Shown here: piece after piece, positions 62,513 through 64,000 of the stretch | How the letters are laid out: the number at the start of each line of letters is the position of its first letter | Numbering within the stretch: position 1 is the first letter of the stretch | IMG/VR virus record: IMGVR_UViG_3300049444_000130 | Source: a virus | Taxonomy: Duplodnaviria; Heunggongvirae; Uroviricota; Caudoviricetes | Length of the DNA stretch: 64,000 bases | Strand: one strand, 5' to 3' | Notes under the pieces: generated by a model | What the model saw: the letters and a program-made list of their open reading frames with translations, nothing else | What the model was told of the DNA's origin: nothing | Databases searched by the model: none | Translations under genes and position numbers: made by a program

Positions 62513-62835
62513 AGTGGCTCTGTATGTTCCTCGCCTTTCCCTTCTTGGTCTCTGCCCAAGAAATGCGCTTTCTTGATTGTGGACAGGTCAATTTTTTTGG
62601 AGAAGCTTGTCCTTCACAATCACCGCCGCGCCTTCTCCCACCCCCGGCCCCAGAGCCCCTATTCCCTCGTGAGTCAATGGCGCCTGACACTCCGAGTCTT
62701 ATGATGAACCTCTTGGAGCAACCAACCCCAGAAAATGCACAAAAGTTCCTGGCCTGGCAGGCGCAGCGCACGACGCGCATCCAGGAGGTGCAGCAGCTCC
62801 TCCACACCCTGACCCTGCAGAGGAAAGCGCCGTAG
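62509..62835 (+). CDS. secreted hypothetical protein (tra operon; TrbC/TraW-like position)
   Basis: Signal peptide MKWLCMFLAFPFLVSAQ. Confidence 0.35.
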   Translation: MKWLCMFLAFPFLVSAQEMRFLDCGQVNFFGEACPSQSPPRLLPPPAPEPLFPRESMAPDTPSLMMNLLEQPTPENAQKFLAWQAQRTTRIQEVQQLLHTLTLQRKAP

Positions 62836-62837
62836 CC

Positions 62838-63230
62838 ATGAGCACCAGACACGAGAAAAGCACGCCGTATCGGTGGGCATCCTGGCAGCAGTACCTCATG
62901 GGCCATGCCCTTCTCCCGCCCGACGCAGCCCAGCGGGACTACACCATGTTGCGGGTCCGGCCCAGCCTGCGACCGGCCTTCTTTGTGGTGCTCGATCTCC
63001 TGAGTGCCCGGGTGCATCTCGAAGATCGGGCACTCCCCCTCCTCGCAGACACACCACCCGGGCCAGGGCTGGCGGAGGCGCAGGCCGCCTGGCTCGCGTG
63101 GCAGCAGTGGACGCGGCGCCTGGCCGCGTATCTCGACCGCCTCGCCACAGGCCGGGAGGGTACGCTCCCCCCGGTCCCTGACGTGCTGACGACGCTGCTG
63201 GCAGACGGGAAGGGCGAGGATGGCGCGTAA
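62838..63230 (+). CDS. hypothetical protein
   Basis: 130 aa. Confidence 0.3.
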   Translation: MSTRHEKSTPYRWASWQQYLMGHALLPPDAAQRDYTMLRVRPSLRPAFFVVLDLLSARVHLEDRALPLLADTPPGPGLAEAQAAWLAWQQWTRRLAAYLDRLATGREGTLPPVPDVLTTLLADGKGEDGA

Positions 63231-64000
63231 GTGGCCGGTCAGGGAGGCGGCCCTGCTCACCGTGGCGGGGAGTGCCTGTCTCGGGGTAGTCCTGGCGCCG
63301 ACAAGTCCGTACCTCGCGCCCGAGCTGCGCCCCCTCGCCCTCACGCTCAGTACCGCGTGGGTCGTGTGGCGGCTGCTGGCCCTCGACCGGGTGGTGGCGC
63401 AGCGCCGCGCCTGGCACCACGCCACGGCGTGGGTCGTGACACCCGCCGCGCTGGCGTGCGCCACCCTCTCCCCCTGGTGGCCGGACCAGCTGGGCCGTGA
63501 GACGCCTACCCACGAAGGGTTGCTGTTGGGACGAGCGTTCCCCTGGCACGCGGGCCACACGCAGGTCTTGGAAACCGCCCTGGCCACGGACGGCGCCTTA
63601 CCCATTGCCGAGGACAACCGGGGGGGCCATCCTGCGCTCCATGCCGTGGGGACGGATACCGAGCAGGCCCTGGTCGTCCCCTGGAGTGAGTTGGGGGGGC
63701 ATGTGCTGGTCACGGGCACGACCCGGAGCGGCAAGACGCGGCTGCTCGAAGTGCTGGCGTCGGAAGCGATCCGAGGACCCGGCGCCGTGGTCGTGCTTGA
63801 TCCCAAGGGCGAGCGGGAGTTGCTGGCCCGCTGTGCCGCCGAGGCCCACCGCCAGGGCCGCCCCTTTGCCCTGATCACCCCCGCCTTTCCCGAGCAGTCT
63901 GCCACGCTCAACGTGCTCGACACTGCCACGACGCCGGCGGAAGTGTCCGCCCGCATCCGGGCACTGATGCCGAGCGGTGGGGCCCGGGGAAGCGATCCGT
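63220..64000 (+). CDS. traD: type IV coupling protein (TraD/VirD4-like), 5' partial; runs off the window
   Basis: Not in the ORF track because no stop is reached. Two N-terminal TM helices, then Walker A VLVTGTTRSGKT and VVVLDPKGE. Confidence 0.6.
   Translation, partial: MARKWPVREAALLTVAGSACLGVVLAPTSPYLAPELRPLALTLSTAWVVWRLLALDRVVAQRRAWHHATAWVVTPAALACATLSPWWPDQLGRETPTHEGLLLGRAFPWHAGHTQVLETALATDGALPIAEDNRGGHPALHAVGTDTEQALVVPWSELGGHVLVTGTTRSGKTRLLEVLASEAIRGPGAVVVLDPKGERELLARCAAEAHRQGRPFALITPAFPEQSATLNVLDTATTPAEVSARIRALMPSGGARGSDP

Larger units (their letters stand above)
48766..64000. mobile_element. F-type-like conjugative T4SS (mating-pair formation) module with coupling protein and a relaxase remnant
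   Basis: Pilin, TraL/E/K/B/V/C/H/U and TraD homologues in F order. Confidence 0.6.

Overview
This is a GC-rich (~65%) mosaic accessory region with three parts.

(1) 1 to ~23.4 kb, + strand: the late/tail module of a temperate siphovirus. It holds a possible tail-chaperone pair, a TP901-type tape measure, distal tail proteins in a GTA/HK97-like order (DUF2460-like, BR0599-like, NlpC/P60 peptidase, J-like host specificity protein), a tail fibre, and a run of signal-peptide-bearing beta-helix and LamG proteins. It ends in a cluster of small membrane and coiled-coil proteins that contains a stand-alone ethylene-binding-domain (ETR1-like) protein.

(2) ~24.4 to 44 kb, mostly - strand: the early region. 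It holds an SPFH/stomatin protein, an Erf-like ssDNA-annealing protein, a replication initiator with a KSDQP tandem repeat, and a GapR-like protein. There are four DNA methyltransferases (Dam-like, Dcm, beta-class, and a gamma-like one with an HNH gene sitting inside its reading frame), a VRR-NUC nuclease and a Bro-N antirepressor. A divergent Cro/CI-like XRE switch with TTGCA operators and a tyrosine integrase close the region.

(3) ~44.3 to 64 kb: an array of small - strand genes separated by repeated hairpin+RBS modules, further XRE and SLOG/DUF2493 genes, a degraded MobA/MobL relaxase start, and then an F-type-like type IV secretion/conjugation operon (pilin, TraL/E/K/B/V/C/H/G-N/U and the start of a TraD-like coupling protein). 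The operon is punctuated by two paralogous low-GC HNH homing-endonuclease cassettes.

At least five HNH nuclease genes occur in the window. No rRNA, tRNA or CRISPR array was seen.
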